Assembly (NCBI RefSeq): GCF_963921235.1
Contig: NC_086097.1
Coordinates: 79,920,001 to 79,984,000, forward strand
Length of the DNA stretch: 64,000 bases
Origin: Mobula hypostoma
Taxonomy: Eukaryota
Direction of reading: 5' to 3'
A program made the translations under genes and the position numbers. Of this stretch, positions 1 through 13,464 are shown piece after piece (position 1 is the first letter of the stretch; every line of letters starts with the position of its first letter). The notes under the pieces were generated by a model, which saw only the letters and a program-made list of their open reading frames with translations, made no database searches and had not been told where the DNA came from.

Positions 1-1075
1 AGACGCAAACTGAGACGGTCACAGGCTTTTGATATGCTAACAAACCTAGTCGGTGTTAGCGCGGAAATCAATGAAGCTAGGGTCCCCCTGATAAGGAAAA
101 AAAACCATTTTGAAAAGATGAGTATGGTATCGACCAGATGGGAGAAGGCTATTGTTTTGGCCAGCTCTGCTGATAAGGTCTCTCCCTTAATCCCCGAACA
201 AAGCGACTCTTTAGGAGAAGTAATTAAATGGCTCGCACACGTGTGTTTGATTGTCCTGAGGCGATGCAAAGAACTGGGACGTTGGGTGTTGTTGGTCACG
301 CTAGGTCAGCCTAGTGAGCAACACTCCTATAGATCAGCCTAGTGAGCAACACTCCTATAGATCAGCCTAGTGAGCAACACTCCTATAGATCAGCCTAGTG
401 AGCAACACTCCTATAGATCAGCCTAGTGAGCAACACTCCTATAGAATGAGTAATTCAGTGACGAAAGGGCTAACAAACATAGAAGTGTATATTGGCGATG
501 TAATACGGCTGTCTGAAGCCAGTTTGATAGTGAACCTTGAAAAAAATGAGTTTGGCCACACGAAGGTCACTTATCTGGGAACTGTGGTGACACAGGGGCA
601 GCTGGCAGTGATGCAAGCTAAGGTGCAGGTTATCTCTGACATCCCAACCCTGACAGACAGAGGGCCCTCAGAAGGCTCCTGGAGATGGTGGGGTACTGTA
701 GGAAGTTTTGCAATAACTCTGCGGTTACAACCCCTCCCCCTCCTACTAAGCCCTTGCGAGAGAAAACTAAGTCGGGATAGGACGACCCTTGTTATCGTGG
801 TCCGGGACGAAACTCAATGAGAGGTTACACTGATCGCAATTCATCAGTGTTTTCGGCCACTATGAAGGTTGCTAAGTTGTAGTCTGGTTTAGGAGATTAT
901 TAATAACACATATAAAAGGAACAGAAAATGTGATTGCTGACTGTCTGTCAGGTGTTGACAACTTAAAATTCTCTGTATTAGCCAAATAGCTGATGAAGAT
1001 GTATATTTGTGTGTATCTAATAATGTATTCATGTTTGTAATTTTTACCCCGGTAAAAATCCTTAAAGGTGAGGGG
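1..1075 (+). mobile_element. Ty3/Gypsy internal region, heavily deleted pol remnant (5' part outside window)
   Basis: Degenerate pol motifs QHSYR, VYIGDV (YIDD-like), VNLEKNEFGHTKVTYLG, MVGYCRKFCNN and IKGTENVIADCLS. Purine-rich tract aaaggtgagggg at 1064-1075 abuts an LTR. Confidence 0.8.
306..445 (+). repeat. Perfect tandem repeat, 5 x 28 bp (tcagcctagtgagcaacactcctataga)
   Basis: Identical units start at 306, 334, 362, 390 and 418. Confidence 0.97.
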
Positions 1076-1980
1076 TGTGACGAAAGAGGGTTACAAAGAG
1101 TACACATAGATTAAGATGTTAACTGTCCTGTGCTGGCACCAGTGGGATCAACAGTAAGAGAGATAAGGAAGACAATGGAGCAGCATTTGGAAATGTTAAT
1201 GAAGAGACCGGAGAGTTTAACGGAAGGAGACATGGTCTGAGAGCTGTCAAGATCGGCTCCTTTTTGAACCCTGAACTGTTTGAAGTGTGATGGACAAGCG
1301 ATACCCCAGCAGGGGGATAAAAAGGGACAGGTTCACTAAGGCAGGACACACAGGACACCCCGAGGTAACGAGACCCTGGAAGCGATGCGTCTCCCACAAG
1401 TCGGTGGGAGTTTTTGGAGGGCTGGTCGTGGGACCAAGCCGTAGACGCACAGGGTGGAAAGGTACGATTGGCGGGAACCTGGTGTGTGTCCGCCCTTGCC
1501 TGGGTGCCAAGTTCACTGCAGAGGAACGATCGTATCTGAAACGGAGGGGTCACAGTCGGTGACTTCAGAAGACATTACAAAGGGCTCGCCCGAAAGCTGA
1601 CTGTGAAGAATATCGAAGGTCTGTGTGGAAGCCGTTTTGAATATTCATTCGCTTTCGCTCTCTCTCTCTCCTTCCCCCCTCTGTCCACCGCCACGGCAGT
1701 GATTACTGTGAACTGAACTGAACTCAATTGAACTGAACTTTGCGTCACTTTGAAACTGGTCATTTACCCCTAGACGACGATAGAGCTTGATGGATCCTGT
1801 TATCCTAGTTCTGTGTACATGTGTGTTTATCATTGCTGAACTGTTGCATTTATTATCCTTTTGATTAGAGTACTGTGTTGCTTATTTCTTTAATAAAACT
1901 TTCTTAGTTCCAGTAATCCAGACTCCAACTGAGTGATGCATTTCTGCTGGTTTGGCAACCCAGTTACGGGGTACGTAACA
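1076..1980 (+). mobile_element. 3' LTR of the Gypsy element (about 905 bp)
   Basis: Ends TGTGACG...CGTAACA, preceded by a PPT, AATAAA near 1892, (aactg)n tract. L1 ORF2 sequence starts immediately after it. Confidence 0.85.
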
Positions 1981-4900
1981 AGGACAACTGATCATTTAGA
2001 AATAAATGATACTTTTAGAGTATTTTATTCTAAACTTCATAGTTCTGATCCTCTTAAAGATAATACTGTAATGGATAATTTTTTTAGACCAATTAAATAT
2101 CCCTACGCTTTCTGTTGATAACCGAAAACAGTTGGATCAAAGTATTTTCTCACAAAGAAACAACCAAGGCTGTACGCTCACTGCATTCAGGGAAAGCTCC
2201 AGGTCCTGATGGATTTTCTGGAGAATTTTATAAGGCTTTTTCTTCTTTGCTTATACCTCATTTACGTTCAGTATTTTTACAGATTCTTTTAAGTCAGGTA
2301 GGTTGCCACAATCTTTTTACGAAGCTTCTATTTCGCTTATGCTTAAAAATAAGAAACCAACTGAATGTTCTTCATATAGATCAATTTCCTTACTTAATGT
2401 TGATGCTAAAACCTTATCAAAAGTTCTGGCTCATAGGATGGAAAATATCTTACCAGCTATCATTTCTGACGCTCAGAATGGTTTTATCAAACATCCATAT
2501 TCTCACTTCAATATTCATCGGTTATTAAATGTTATCTATTCTCCTTCTAAGGAGATATCGGAGTGTGTGATATCCTTAGACGCTGAGAAGGCTTTTGATC
2601 GGGTTGAATGGCATTATTTATATAAAATTTTAGAAAAATTTAATTTTGGGTCCAACTTTATTCAATGGATTAAATTACTGTACTGCAATGAACCGGATTT
2701 GATCAGAGACCTCGAGATAAAGGAGCCATTCGGAGGTAGTGACAATAATATGATAAGTTTTAATCTACAAGTTGAGAGGGTGAAGGGAAAATCGGAAGTG
2801 TCAGTATTACAGTTGAACAAAGGGAACTATGGTGCTATGAGGGAGGAGCTGGTGAAAGTTCAATGGAACAATACCCTAGCAGGGATGACAGTGGAACAAC
2901 AATGGCAGGTAGTTCTGGGAATAATGCAGAAGGTGCAGGATCAGTTCATTCCAACGAGGAAGAAAGATCCTAAAGGGAGTAAGGGGAGTCCATGGCTGAA
3001 AAGTGAAGTAAAGGACAGTATATAAATAAAAGAGAAGTATAACATAGCAAAGATGAGTGGGAAGCTGGAGGATTGGGAAACTTTTAAAGAGCAAAAGAAG
3101 ATAACCAAAAAGGCAATACGCGGAGAAAAACTGAGGTACGAAGGTAAACTAGCCAAGAATATAAAGGAGGATAGTAAAAGCTTCTTTAGGTATGTGAAAA
3201 GGAAAAAAATAGTTAAGACCAAAATTGGGCCCTTGAAGACAGAAACAGGTGAATTTATTATGGGGAACAAGGAAATGGCAGACGAGTTGAACAGGTACTT
3301 TGGATCTGTCTTCACCAGGGAAGACACAAAGAATCTCCCAGATGTAATAGTGGCCAAAGGACCTAGGTAATGGATGAACTGAAGGAAATTTATATTAGGC
3401 AGGAAATGGTGTTGGATAGACTGTTGGGCCTGAAGGCTGATAAGTCCCCAGGACCTGATGGTCTGCATCCCAGGGTACTTAAGGAGGTGGCTTTAGAAAT
3501 GGTGAACACTTTGGTAATTATTTTCCAATGTTCTATAGATTCAGGATCAGTTCATCTGGATTGGAGGGCAGCTAATGTTGTCCCACTTTTCAAGAAAGAA
3601 GGGAGAGAGAAAACAGGGAATTATGGACCGGTTAGCCTGACAACAGTGGTGGGAAAGATGATGCAGTCAATTATAAAAGATGAAATTACGACACATTTGG
3701 ATAGCAGTTACAGGATAGGTCCGAGTCAACATGGATTTACGAAGGGGAAATCGTGCTTGACTAATCTTCTGGAATTTTTTGAGGATATAACTATGAAAAT
3801 GGACAAGGGAGGGCCAGTGGATGTAGTGTACCTGGACTTTCAGAAAGCCTTTGATTAAATCCCACATAGGAGATTAGTGGGCAAAATTAGGGCACATGGT
3901 ATTGGGGGCAGAGTACTGACATGGATTGAAAATTGGCTGGCTAACAGGAAACAAAGAGTAGCGATTAACGGGTCCCTTTCGGAGTGGCAGGTGGTGACCA
4001 GTGGGGTACTGCAGGGATCAGTGCTGGGACCGCAGCTGTTTACAATATACATTAATGATTTAGATGAAGGGATTAAAAGTAACATTAGCAAATTTGCAGA
4101 TGACACAAAGCTGGCTGGCAGTGTGAAATGTGAGGAGGATGTTATGAGAATGCAGGGTGACTTGGACAGGCTGGGTGAGTGGGCGGATGCATGGCAGATG
4201 CAGTTTAATGTGGATAAATGTGAGGTTATCCACTTTGGTGGTAAGAACAGGAAGGCAGATTATTATCTAAATGGAGTCAAGTTAGGAAAAGGGGAAGTAT
4301 AACGAGATCTAGATGTTCTTGTACATCAGTCACTGAAAGTAAGCATGCAGGTACAGCAAGTAGTGAAGAAAGCTAATGGCATGCTGGCCTTCATAACAAG
4401 GGGAATAGAGTATAGGAGCAAAGAGGTCCTTCTGCAGCTGTACAGGGCCCTGGTGAGACCACACCTGGAGTCTTGTGTGCAGTTTTGGTCTCCAAATTTG
4501 AGGAAGGACATTCTTGCTATTGAGGGAGTGCAGTGTAGGTTCACAAGGTTAATTCCCGGAATGGCGGGACTGTCATATGTTGAAAGATTGGAGCAACTGG
4601 ACTTTTGTATACACTGGAATTTAGAAGGATGATAGAGGATCTGATTGAAGATTATTAAGGGATTGGACACACTGGAGGCTGGAAGCATGTTCCCGCTGAT
4701 GGGTGCGTCCAGAACCAGGGGCCACAGTTTAAGAATAAGGGTAGGCCATTTAGAACGGAGTTGAGGAAAAACTTTTTCACCCAGAGAGTGGTGGATATGT
4801 GGAATGCTTTGCCCCAGAAGGCAGTGGAGGCCAAGTCTCTGGATGCTTTCAAGAAAGAGATGGATAGAGCTCTTAAAGATAGCAGAATCAAAGGTTATGG

Positions 4901-7167
4901 GGATAAGGCAGGAACTGGATACTGATTGTGGATGATCAGCCATGATCACAGTGAATGGTGGTGCTGGCTCGAAGGGCCGAATGGCCTACTCCTGCACCTA
5001 TTGTCTATTGTCTACTTATCTCCTTTTGCTTGGGTTCTTATTAATTCTCAGAATTCTAAACCACTTAAACTTCAACATGGAACCAGACAAAGTTGCCCTT
5101 TGAGTCCTTTGCTGTTTGACCTGGCCTTAGAACCTTCAGCTATTGCTTTTCGAGAATCTAATGATATCACTGGTATTTTACGGAAGGGTACTATCCACAA
5201 AGTTTCACTTTATGCGGATGACTTATTGCTTTACATTTCTAATGTCGAAACTTTGTTACCTTCCGAGCTTTCTTTACTCTCTAGTTTTAGTCAGTTTTCT
5301 GGATATAAATTGAACCTACACAAGAGTGAACTTTTTCCTTTGAATAATTTAGTATCAACTGATATTAACCTTCCTTTTAAAATTGTAAGAAACCAATTCA
5401 CTTATTTGGGTGTAACAATTACTAAGAATAATAAATACCTATTTAAAGAAAATTTTCTTTATTAAATTATATAAAACACTTTATCAAATTGATCGCCCCT
5501 TTCGCTATCATTGATTGGTCGAATTAATTCTATCAAAATGAATGTTTTACCTAAATTTACATATCTCTTTCAGGCTTTACCCATTTTTATTCCTAAATCC
5601 TTTTTTGACTCTCTGGACTCTATTTTATCCTCCTATATATGGAAAAGTAAATGTCCTCGATTGAATAAAGTCCATCTCCAAAAAGTTAAAAAGAACGGAG
5701 GTTTAGCTTTACCAAATTTTAGGTTTTATTACTGCGTAGCTAATATATGGAATCTCATGTTTTGGTTATACTATATTAATCATGAGGACTGTCCCGGGTG
5801 GGTTTCTTTAGAAGCTAACTCCGTTAATAAATTTTCTATTATCTCTCTTTTGGGATCTTTACTTCCTTTATCCTGAAGTAAGATAACTGAAAATGTGGTA
5901 GTCAAACATACATTGAGGATTTGGATATAATTTAGAAAACACTTTGGTTTATTGAGGTTCTCCCTTTCTAGTCCCATTTTTTAAAATTATCTTTTTAAGC
6001 CTTCTATGACTGATGTAGTTTTATGTTTCCAGGATCTGTTTGTTGGAGGAAGTCTTTCTTCGTTCGAACAACTGTCAACTAAATATAGTTTACCAAAAAT
6101 CCATTTTTTTCGGTACTTACAAATTAGAGATTTTCTGCGATCTCAATTATATACAATTCCTAATAGTCCTGATAAGAATGTATTAGATGAAATTCTTAAT
6201 ATGAAATCATTTTATAATGGTTCAATATCCAATATTTATGATATGTTGTTGGGAATGAGAAATGATTCTTTAGACAAAATCAAAAATCTTTGGGAACAAG
6301 ATTTACAGACTTCAATTTCTGAAGAAACTTAGAATCAAATTTTAAAATTGGTTAATACTTCATCTTTATGTGCTCGTCATTCCTCCTACAATTTAAAGTG
6401 GTTCATAGGGCTTACATGACCAAGGATAAGTTATCTCGTTTTTATATGGATATATCTGCCTACTGCGATAGGTGTAACACTGGAGAAGCTTCATTTATTC
6501 ATATGTTTTGGACATGCCCAAGTCTTGGAAAATATTGGAAGGAAGTATTCCAAACTTTTTCTGTACTCTTTAAAGTAAATTTTAAGCCTAATCCTTTGAC
6601 TGCCCTATTTGGTATTGCTGGAAGGAAAGATATCATCTTGAAGACATTTGATTTGCACATTCTGGCTTTTATCTCTCTTATGGCTTAGAGGGCGCTTTTG
6701 TTTAAATGGAAGGATGCTGTTCCGCCTAACCATGCTCAGTGGTTATGGGATGTTATGGCATGCTTAAATTTAGAAAAGATTCGTTGTTCAATTTCTGAAT
6801 CCAACCAAGAGTTTCAAAATTTGTAGGGGCCGTTTTTAAATTATTTTCATAATCTTTGACTTCTCATTAAAGTACATAAGTTGGTTAATAGCATATTTTA
6901 TTATCTGGTAAGGTTTTTTTTTCTTTTTTTCCCAAACAGCTTCGACTTTGGTAGTGGGTATAGATTTTTTTTTAATAAAACTGTTTGTATTCTAATATAC
7001 CAATCAATCTAATTGATATGAATATAAGGTAAGGAGTTCGTTAATGTGATTCAATATACTGTATCTGGTATTACTGTATATTTTCTTTTGTTTTATAATA
7101 TGTATTCTCTTGGACTTTGTATTCTTCTATATAGAAATCAACAAAAATATTGGAAAAGAAAGAAAAA
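1981..7167 (+). mobile_element. L1-clade LINE, ORF2 remnant plus 3' UTR, split by a CR1 at 2685-5012
   Basis: KAPGPDGF, SYRSISLLNVDAK, LDAEKAFDRVEW, GTRQSCPLSPLLF, VSLYADDLLLY, C-terminal CDRC...HMFWTC and an A-rich tail near 7140-7167. The frame WIKLLY|LSPFAW rejoins across the CR1. Confidence 0.92.
2685..5012 (+). mobile_element. CR1 LINE, 5'-truncated, inserted into the L1
   Basis: KSPGPDGLHPRVLKE, QHGFTKGKSCLTNL, YLDFQKAFD, SKFADDTK and LVRPHLE motifs. (ctattgt)n tail. TACT at both junctions (2681-2684 and 5013-5016). Confidence 0.95.
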
Positions 7168-7939
7168 TGGTAGAAATTATGAAGATGATCATGTTAATGC
7201 AGAACCTGGTAGGATAGAAGTTGGGAATCCGAAGCTTGTTCTGGAGGGGATTTGACGGGTGAGAGCTATAGTGTGAGATATAGAACTAATGCAGTTCCTT
7301 GCACACAGAGCTCTTCAGCAGCATCTCACTGAAAAGTGCTAATTGACTCTTAGCAATACATCCAGTCAGTGCTGCTTCAGTTTTTATGGCCATTAAATAA
7401 TAACACGAGAACACACACCAGCATTAATACACATGAAATCAACTTTGGAAGGTCATTGACCACTAGATGAACAGTGCACAAAAATTATTTCTCAGCTGAC
7501 ATAATGTCTAACAACAACAGTGGTGAATGCCCTTACTTTCTATTTCTACTGCATCCTAACCTACTCATGCTCCTAAGGAAGGTTCTCTTCCAGAGGGTTC
7601 AGCACAGGAGGGTCAATTATGCTGTAGCTCAAACAAGATTTTAGAAGCTGGCTGTAGTTATTAACCTTTCAGAGCTCAGGCTTCAGACTGTAATATTTAG
7701 GTGGTTTTTAGGTTTGTCTGATCCAACTGGCTTTCTGAAACCAAGGCAGAGATAAATTGAAAGGCTCACAAGAGTACACATCTGTTTTCGCATGGAGGGA
7801 GTAATATATGCTTTTGTACTATATGACTGGTCTCCTATGACTTGGAGAGCATCAAACCCCAGATCATCTGTGGGACAGTAAGGTACATATTATGCAACTG
7901 AAAACTTGTTAATATGTTCTTTTAAAATCACAAAAGGGA

Positions 7940-8595
7940 GACAAAAGACGGCAGCACCTCTACTTCCTTAGGAGACTGCAGAGATTCTGCATGACATATA
8001 AAACTGACAAACTTCCATTGATGTATAGTGGAGAGTGTATTGACTGGCTGCATCATGGCCTGGTGTAGAAATACCAATACCTTTGAATGGAAAACCGTAT
8101 AAAATTTGTGGATTCATCCCAGAACATCATGGGTAAAGCCCTCCCAACCACTGAACACTTCTACATGAAACGCAGTCATAGGAAAACAGCATCTATCATC
8201 AGAGATCCCCACCCACAGGCCATGCTCTTTTCTCGCTGCTGTCATCAGGTAGAAGGTACAAGAGCCTCAGGACTCATACCAATGAGTGTAAGAATAATTA
8301 CTACCCCACAACCATCAAGCTTTGAGCAAAAGGGGATAACTACACTCATCTATTGAGATGTTCCCACAGCCAATGATCTCACTTTAAGGACTCTTTATCT
8401 TGTTATCTCATGTTCTTGATATTTATTTATACTTGCATTTGCACTGTTGGTTGTCCTCTACACTCTGGATGATCTTTCATTGATCTTGTTATAGTTACTA
8501 TTCTATAGATTTGCTGAGCATGCCCGCAGGAAAATGAATCTCAGCATTGTACATGGTGACGTACATGTACTTTTATAAAAAAAATTACTTTGATT
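7940..8595 (+). mobile_element. Rex1/Babar-like LINE 3' fragment
   Basis: VESVLTGCIMAWC and KTASIIRDPHP motifs plus a 3' UTR shared with many other copies in the window. Confidence 0.7.
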
Positions 8596-9159
8596 TACTT
8601 CGAATTTTGAATCTAATTCCTGAATAGCTCCAGAAAAAATACCTTGAGAGGTGCCACTGACTCCTGCACAGACTGTCCATTGAGATAAGAAGATGCATTG
8701 CTGAGCAGAATAAAGAACTGCACAAAGGTTTATAGTAGAATAGTGTAGTTGGTATACCAAGTATGGAGTAAAATGAAAAACACCACTAAGAATGAAATTG
8801 CAAAGAAACCTTCATCTTACAATTCATCATTTTTCCCACTTATATTCAAATAGATTACTTAAGACTCAAATATACTTCCAATGGCTTTAATATTTTTCAT
8901 ATGGTTCATATGAAGATAAAATATCTTAATTGCCCTTCATTCCCACTCATTGTTAGCATTCCTAAAGTTGATTAGAAAATGATTCAAAGAATTAAAGTTA
9001 CGTCTCTATAATTTTTGAACACAAGAACTTAACAATTACATACAAAGTACTCAACAGAATAAGTTATGTTTTGTCTAGTATATTTCAATAAACAAATCTC
9101 ATTTTGCAGAAGATAATTATTACATAAATGTGTGTTGATTTTGGGTACTTCATACTTAC

Positions 9160-9238
9160 AATGAAGGATCTTGGACCAAGTCTTTCAGGTTTATCCCACT
9201 TCTATCTTCTGCAAGGTTTCTGAAGCAGCTATCACTCA
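9160..9238 (-). CDS. GPHN: Gephyrin coding exon 2 (G domain, MogA-like N-terminus), 79 nt
   Basis: Minus strand reads catcttttacag|TGAGTGATAGC...GATCCTTCATT|gtaagtatg, with canonical acceptor and donor. It translates to (V)[25 protein letters not shown](L), which matches the vertebrate gephyrin N-terminus as I recall it. Not present in the ORF track. Confidence 0.96.
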
Positions 9239-9627
9239 CTGTAAAAGATGAACATAAAATCATATGATATTTCAAAACACTGCCCACACAGCAAGACTCT
9301 CCAATGCTTCCCTTTCCTGTCAACTTTTCCTTTCCCCTCTTCTAAGCAATTGTCAACTGCAGGGAAAATAAGTCTCCTCATCACCAGCTGTGTTGTAGAA
9401 CCTCACTGAAATTACCAGCCTTCAGGCGTGAAGTGGACAGTGAGCTTTGGCAGAACATTCAACCACAGGAAACAATTTTGATTAGCAAGGTACACTATTA
9501 TAGGAAATTCTACTTTTAGGCAGTGGAGCACAAGAGTTCAGAAAGTTTGTACAATTGTATTCTATGTTCAATTTCAACAGTGGCACTACAAACTCATTCC
9601 ATTAAACAATCAAAGCCATCAAGATAT

Positions 9628-9990
9628 CCATAAGACATATTAACATAATTAGGCCATTTGGCCCATTAAGTTTGCGCCACCATTTGAAAGGCTGATATAT
9701 TTTCCCTCAACTCCATTCACCATGTAATCTTTGATAACCAGACGAATCAAAAACCTATCAATTTCTGCTTTAAATACACAAAATCACTTGGCTTCCACTG
9801 CCATCTGTGAAAATGATTTCTACAGATTCACCATCCTCCAGCTAAAGGAATTTTCCCTCACCTGTATTCTAAAGGGATATCCTTCTATTCTGAGGCTGTG
9901 CCATCTGGTCCAAAACTTTCCCGGTACTGAAAACAACCTTTTCATGTCATTCTATCCAGGCTTTTCAAATCTTCACAGGTTTCAATGAGA
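9628..9990 (-). mobile_element. CR1 3' end fragment
   Basis: (cataaga)-type tail and CR1 C-terminal/3' UTR sequence similar to 17189-17560. Confidence 0.75.
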
Positions 9991-10344
9991 TCCTTACAAA
10001 ATGAATATAATACGACTAAAAGGCATTTATACAAAGATACCACAATATTTAACAAAATATTCCGATTGCTGTTTGAATCTGTTTACATTGTTACAGATAC
10101 ATTTTGGTGACAATTTTATTCTATATTCTAATTTTTGAAAAATACGTTTGAGAATATAGGCTTGTCCAACAAACATGCAGTGTGCAGTACATTCATTTAA
10201 AGTAAGCTTGGTAGACTTAGTAGAAGCAGAGATAATCATATACAAAAGCAAATTAACTGTTAAGGTATGTCAATTGTGGTCTACTGCTCAATGAGACATT
10301 AAACTGAGAAGAATAAAATCTTATTTGGCATATAAAAGATACTT

Positions 10345-10620
10345 ACTGAGATACAGTATAGAATAGTTCCTTCCAACTCTTCCAAACATGCCACCCATCA
10401 ATCCCCCATTTTAATCCTAGCCTAGCCATGGGACAATTTACAATGACCAATTAACCTACCAACTGGTATGTCTTTGACCTGTGAAAGGAAACCAGAGCAC
10501 CCGGAGGAAACACACACAGTCAAAGGGAGAATGTACGAACTCCTTACAGGCAGTGCGGAAATTGAACCCATGTCACTGGTACTGTAAAGCATTGTGCTAA
10601 CCACTACAATATCATGGGCT
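10345..10620 (-). mobile_element. tRNA-derived V-SINE (HE1-like)
   Basis: Minus strand has a tRNA-like head followed by V-domain-like gtttcctccgggtgctctggtttcctttcacaggtcaaagac. Confidence 0.75.
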
Positions 10621-11844
10621 TTTGTACAAACTCTGGAAGATCATTGAGTTACAGATATAAAATACCAGATAAAAACTAAGAAATTTATCTTTGAAACATT
10701 AAAAGAAAATTGCTCTGTAAAGTTACATTACAATAATTTCCAAGGTTACAGTGATAACATTTATTTTTGCCTTTCTGCAGGCCAAAAATACTTTGAGTAT
10801 AACAAGGAAAAGATAGATATCAACTGAAATGTGTTCCTACAAAACAAAGGTTTATCTTTCATAAATAGTATCATGATTATAAACATTAACTAATGAGTTT
10901 GAAGCACATTAGAGAAGGACTTTCTGTACTAATACCTGGAATGGGTATTGTCTTATGAGAAAAGGTTGGATAGACTACAGTGTAACTACTGAAATGTCGG
11001 AAGAAACGTAAATATTTTGAAGGATGTTTTCAGAACAGATAAGAAGACAAAGTTTCTTCTTATAGGAGAATCGAGACCAGGGGTCACTGTTTCAAAATAA
11101 AGAGAAGACTATTCAGAACAGAATTAAGTAAAATTGTTTCTCTGAGGGTTATGAATCTTTGGAACGTTCTCAAAACTTGGTGGAGTACAGTTTTTGAATA
11201 TGTTTAAGACAGAATGAATAGATTCTTTATAAGAAAGGGTGAAAAGTTGTGGATTGACACAACAACTATGTCAGCCATCATCTATCTGAGTTATTGGCTC
11301 AATGCTTCCTCTCTCCATTAGCAAAGCCTGATCTGCTTAAACATTTCTTACAGTCCTGCATTCTGCATCTTTTCACATTCCATTTTCTAAATTCTTACTC
11401 TTAAAAAGTTATCATTTCTAGGTTTTTAAAAAAAATTTCATTCTAACTGCTCCTATTAATCCATTTAACTCAGAGCCATTACCAATCATCCCTACAACAA
11501 CCTGGTCTTACCTATTTGCTTTGTCCTATCTATGACTTCCCATCTTCTTTACAGCTTAAAACTAACTTGTTTTGCTCTTTTCTTCAGTTGTTTGTCTTTC
11601 TACAAAACTTGAACTGTTGAGTGAATCCAGTATTTGCAGTATTTTTAAGAATTCCAGCAACTGCAGAGTTTTTTTTTGATTTTCAACATACTATCTTGGT
11701 TCAAAGTTAACTATAAACAACCAATACAAAATATTTTTTTTTAAATGGTTTACCCTTTCTTCAACCATCACTCAAATATAGAACAGCCAAATATGGTGAT
11801 AAGGAGACTGATGAAATACTTAGCTTTATTAACTAAGACATGAA

Positions 11845-13215
11845 ATAAAAGAATAAGAATTAAGTTTATTATCACTGTCTTATATGATATGATTTTTGTG
11901 GCAGCAGTACAATGCAAAAACATAAAATTACTATAAATTAGTAAAATAAATAAATAGTGTAAAAAAGAATAATTAAGTAGAGTTCGTGAATTCATAGAGA
12001 ATCCAGAAATCTAAAGATGGATAGGAAGAAGCTGTTCCTGAATCATTGAGTGGGGGTCCTCAGGCTCGGGTACCTCTTCCCTAATGGTAACAACAAGAAG
12101 TCAGGTCTTAGATGGAGGCTGCCTACTTGAGCCATCGTCCCTTGAAGATATCCTTGACAATGAGGAGGGTTGTGCCTGTGATGGAGCTAGCTAAGTCTAC
12201 AATCCTTTGAAGTCCCTGGTGATCCTGTGCATTGGAGCCTCCATACCAGGCTGTGATGTCACCAGTCAGAATGCTCTCTACCATACATTTATAGAAATTT
12301 GCAAGAGTCTTCGGTGACATACCAAATCTCCTCAAACTTGTAATGAAATAGAGCCACTGGCATGTCTTCTTCATGATTGCATCAATGTGTTAGACACAAG
12401 ACAGATCCTTGGAGATGCTGACATCCTGGAACTTAAAGCTGCTCACCCTTTCCACAGCTGACCCTCCTATGAGGACTAGTGAATGCTCTTCTGAATTCCA
12501 CTTTAAATCCACAATCATTTCCTTGGTCTTGCTGACATTGAGCTTTGTTGTTGTTGCAACAACACTCAAATAGTTGTAGAGATGTCATCTATGGCTCGTT
12601 GGTGCCACCTGAGATTTTACTATCAACAGTGGGGTCATCTACAAATTTATAAGTTACATTTGAGCTGTGTTTAGCCACACTAATGAGCGTAGTGAGTAGA
12701 GCAATGGATAAACATGCATCCTTGAAGTTGAAAGTGATGAGGAGAGGTTATCACCAATCCATACTGATTTTGGTCTCCAGATGAGGAAGTCAAGAATCTA
12801 GTTGCAAAGGGAGGTACAGATGTCCAGTTTTATAAATTTTGCAATTAATTTTGAGAAATGGTCCTATTACACGCTGAGCCGTAACCAATAAACAGCAGTC
12901 TGACATATGTCTTGTTGCTGTTGAGGTGCTCCAGGTAGAGGACAGGCAATGAGGCTGCATCCACTGTAGACTTGTGGTAGCTGTAGATGAATTACAGCAG
13001 GTTCAGGCAGGAGTTGAATCTAGCCATAACCAACTTCATAGCACTTCATTACAGTAGATGTGAGTGCTGCTGGTCAATACTCGCTGAGGCAGCTCACACA
13101 GCTCTTCTTGGGGACTGATATGACTGCTGCCCTTTTGAAGCAAGGCAGAACCTCAGACTGCAGCAGTGGAAGATGTTGTTTAACACTCCAGCTAGCTCAT
13201 CAGCACACGTTTTTA
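11845..13215 (-). mobile_element. Rex1/Babar-like LINE remnant (RT and 3' end)
   Basis: LRRFGMSPKTLANFYKCMVESILTGDITAWYG and VLKTCADELAGV. Confidence 0.8.
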
Positions 13216-13464
13216 GCACCTGGCAGGGAACACATTGGCAATAAGTTGAGAAGTCATACTCAAACTTATAAAACACTGGCTTGGTCATTTCTAAAGTACT
13301 TCATATATTTCCGGTCATCAGACGTTACTACAGAGGCTGACTATTTTTGGTCCACAGGTAATGATGGGCTAAATGGCTTTTTTATCCTTGTAATTGAATT
13401 TTTCTAGGCCTTATTATCTTCATAATTTTCCTCTAATATCCCCACCTTCCACTCTCCTCTGAGT

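Noticed and set aside
306..445. CRISPR-like array of 28-bp repeats
   Set aside because: Units are contiguous with no spacers, there are no cas genes, and the context is a eukaryotic retroelement.
2303..3025. 240-aa ORF as a novel RT fusion gene (likewise 4926-5465)
   Set aside because: Chance in-frame read-through across the L1/CR1 junctions; both elements are otherwise broken by stops and frameshifts.
10760..10855. Strong plus-strand splice acceptor (tttttgcctttctgcag)
   Set aside because: Opposite to the GPHN strand, no convincing donor and no recognisable peptide.
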